A DNA stretch of 30,147 nucleotides, taken from IMG/VR virus record IMGVR_UViG_3300045988_114868, positions 1 through 30,147 of that record, one strand, 5' to 3'. Shown here in pieces: positions 29,284 to 30,147 of the stretch; the stretch's first letter is position 1, and each line of letters begins with the position of its first letter. The position numbers and the translations under genes were made by a program. The DNA comes from a virus. The notes beneath the pieces are model-generated. The model saw only the letters and a program-made list of their open reading frames with translations. It did no database searches and was not told the origin of the DNA.

Positions 29284-29721
29284 ATGAGCCGCAAGAAAAA
29301 AGAGCCAATCATCATCGACTTCAACGACGATGACACGATGGCCTGGATAAATGAAATGCGCAACAGTCAACCAACAGCGGACGAACGACGCAAAATCAGC
29401 GACTGGAGGTATTACCACAAACACAAGGAAGAAAGAACCGAAGCAAATCGCAAATGGAGAGAAACACACGCCGACAGATACGCCCAAAAACAGAAAGAAT
29501 ACCATTCAAAACCCTCGACACTGAAGAAGAAACGTGAATCCGCACGAACCCGATACCACACCGACCAGGAATGGAGAGAAGCGATGCTCGCTAGACAGAG
29601 AGAGCGCTACCACGCGATGACAGCCGAACAGAAAGCCGAATACGCCCGGAAACAACGCGAACGAGCACGCATCCGGCGAGCCAAAGCCAGAATCGCAAAA
29701 GAAGCAAAGGAAAACAAATGA
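29284..29721 (+). CDS. 145-aa highly basic Arg/Lys-rich helical protein with degenerate R-x-R-Y-H repeats
   Basis: Internal ATG 29284 follows GGGAAAG. The track extension from 29122 is His/Arg-rich and looks off-frame. Confidence 0.6.
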   Translation: MSRKKKEPIIIDFNDDDTMAWINEMRNSQPTADERRKISDWRYYHKHKEERTEANRKWRETHADRYAQKQKEYHSKPSTLKKKRESARTRYHTDQEWREAMLARQRERYHAMTAEQKAEYARKQRERARIRRAKARIAKEAKENK

Positions 29722-30089
29722 CCGACAACATCAACCACCCAACGCATTACACCGACCGCAATATCGGCTACGAATGCATTGACATCGCCCAATACCAGTC
29801 CTTCTGTACCGGCAACGTCATCAAATACTTGTGGAGGTACAACAGTAAAGGAACACCGCTGGAAAACCTCAGGAAAGCACGATGGTATGCGACCAAAGCC
29901 AATACGATGCAGGAAAACGTGAATCTTGACATCAGCCAGTGCAAGACCATCCTGCAAAGGCTCCTCGAAACCACGAGCGGATACGAATCCGCCGCATGGT
30001 TCGGAATATTGGAAAACAAATGGATCATCGTGCTGAGCGCACTTGACATGATGATAGGAAGGACGGGAAATGACCCGCAAGCTCAATGA
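29718..30089 (+). CDS. DUF3310-family protein, 123 aa
   Basis: INHPTHYT...GNVIKYLWRYNSKGTPLENLRKARWY matches the DUF3310 signature. ATGA overlap with the upstream gene. Confidence 0.7.
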   Translation: MTDNINHPTHYTDRNIGYECIDIAQYQSFCTGNVIKYLWRYNSKGTPLENLRKARWYATKANTMQENVNLDISQCKTILQRLLETTSGYESAAWFGILENKWIIVLSALDMMIGRTGNDPQAQ

Positions 30090-30147
30090 TGTCCCGTTGA
30101 AAACTATCGGCATCGAACACTACCTCTTCGATCTCGGATACCCGATC
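30070..30147 (+). CDS. 5' part of the junction-spanning 58-aa ORF (continues at base 56 of the window)
   Basis: ATG 30070 lies 6 nt after GGAAGGA and overlaps the end of 29718..30089 by 20 nt. Confidence 0.6.
   Translation, partial: MTRKLNDVPLKTIGIEHYLFDLGYPI
30093..30147. repeat. Second copy of the 55-bp terminal overlap (equals 1-55)
   Basis: Exact identity to bases 1-55. Confidence 0.95.

Noticed and set aside
1-30147. Search for reverse transcriptase/DGR, retron, toxin-antitoxin pairs or known defence/anti-defence cassettes
   Set aside because: No ORF shows RT, nuclease-toxin or other recognisable defence-system motifs by eye. Several small hypothetical early ORFs (472-828, 3823-4092, 28651-29269) could be anti-defence genes, but the sequence alone gives no support.

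Overview
The window is one complete, circularly closed tailed-phage genome. Bases 1-55 are identical to 30093-30147, so the unit length is 30,092 bp, and one ORF reads across the junction.

Layout:
- Plus-strand early genes run 26857 -> wrap -> 4092. They include a replication initiator, a DnaC-like loader, DUF3310, an Erf/YqaJ recombination pair and several small HTH proteins. A second short plus unit (23944-25040) holds a small membrane protein, dUTPase and DUF1064.
- A ~19.6-kb minus-strand block runs 23790 -> 4168. It starts with an Xis/MerR-like HTH, a PASTA membrane protein, a Bro-N/KilAC antirepressor and SSB. It continues with TerS, TerL, a portal-MuF fusion, a protease-scaffold-capsid fusion and a collagen-like ORF. 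Neck proteins, a major tail protein with a Big_2 domain, two chaperone ORFs and the tape measure follow. The block ends with Dit, Tal, fibres and a lysis cassette.
- I found no integrase, tRNA, rRNA, CRISPR array or reverse transcriptase.

Unusual signals:
1. A strong strand-composition polarity follows the DNA strand rather than gene orientation. It flips inside the tape-measure gene (~10.3 kb) and again at ~26.65 kb.
2. A 1.8-kb non-coding region (25041-26856) carries phased iterons, an AT-rich microsatellite block, G8/G9 homopolymers and two paralogous RHH-like mini-ORFs. It also carries many plus-strand-specific RNA helices and a promoter-plus-terminator leader abutting the replication gene.
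3. A GGCGTGTCG box sits in helical phase with extended -10 promoters in front of every plus-strand unit.
4. The two tail-chaperone ORFs are in the same frame, separated by a single UGA-C stop instead of a frameshift.
5. Two minus-strand operon heads have TATAAT-N7-ATG leaderless architecture.

Functional calls rest on motifs I recognise by eye and on synteny. No database search was possible.
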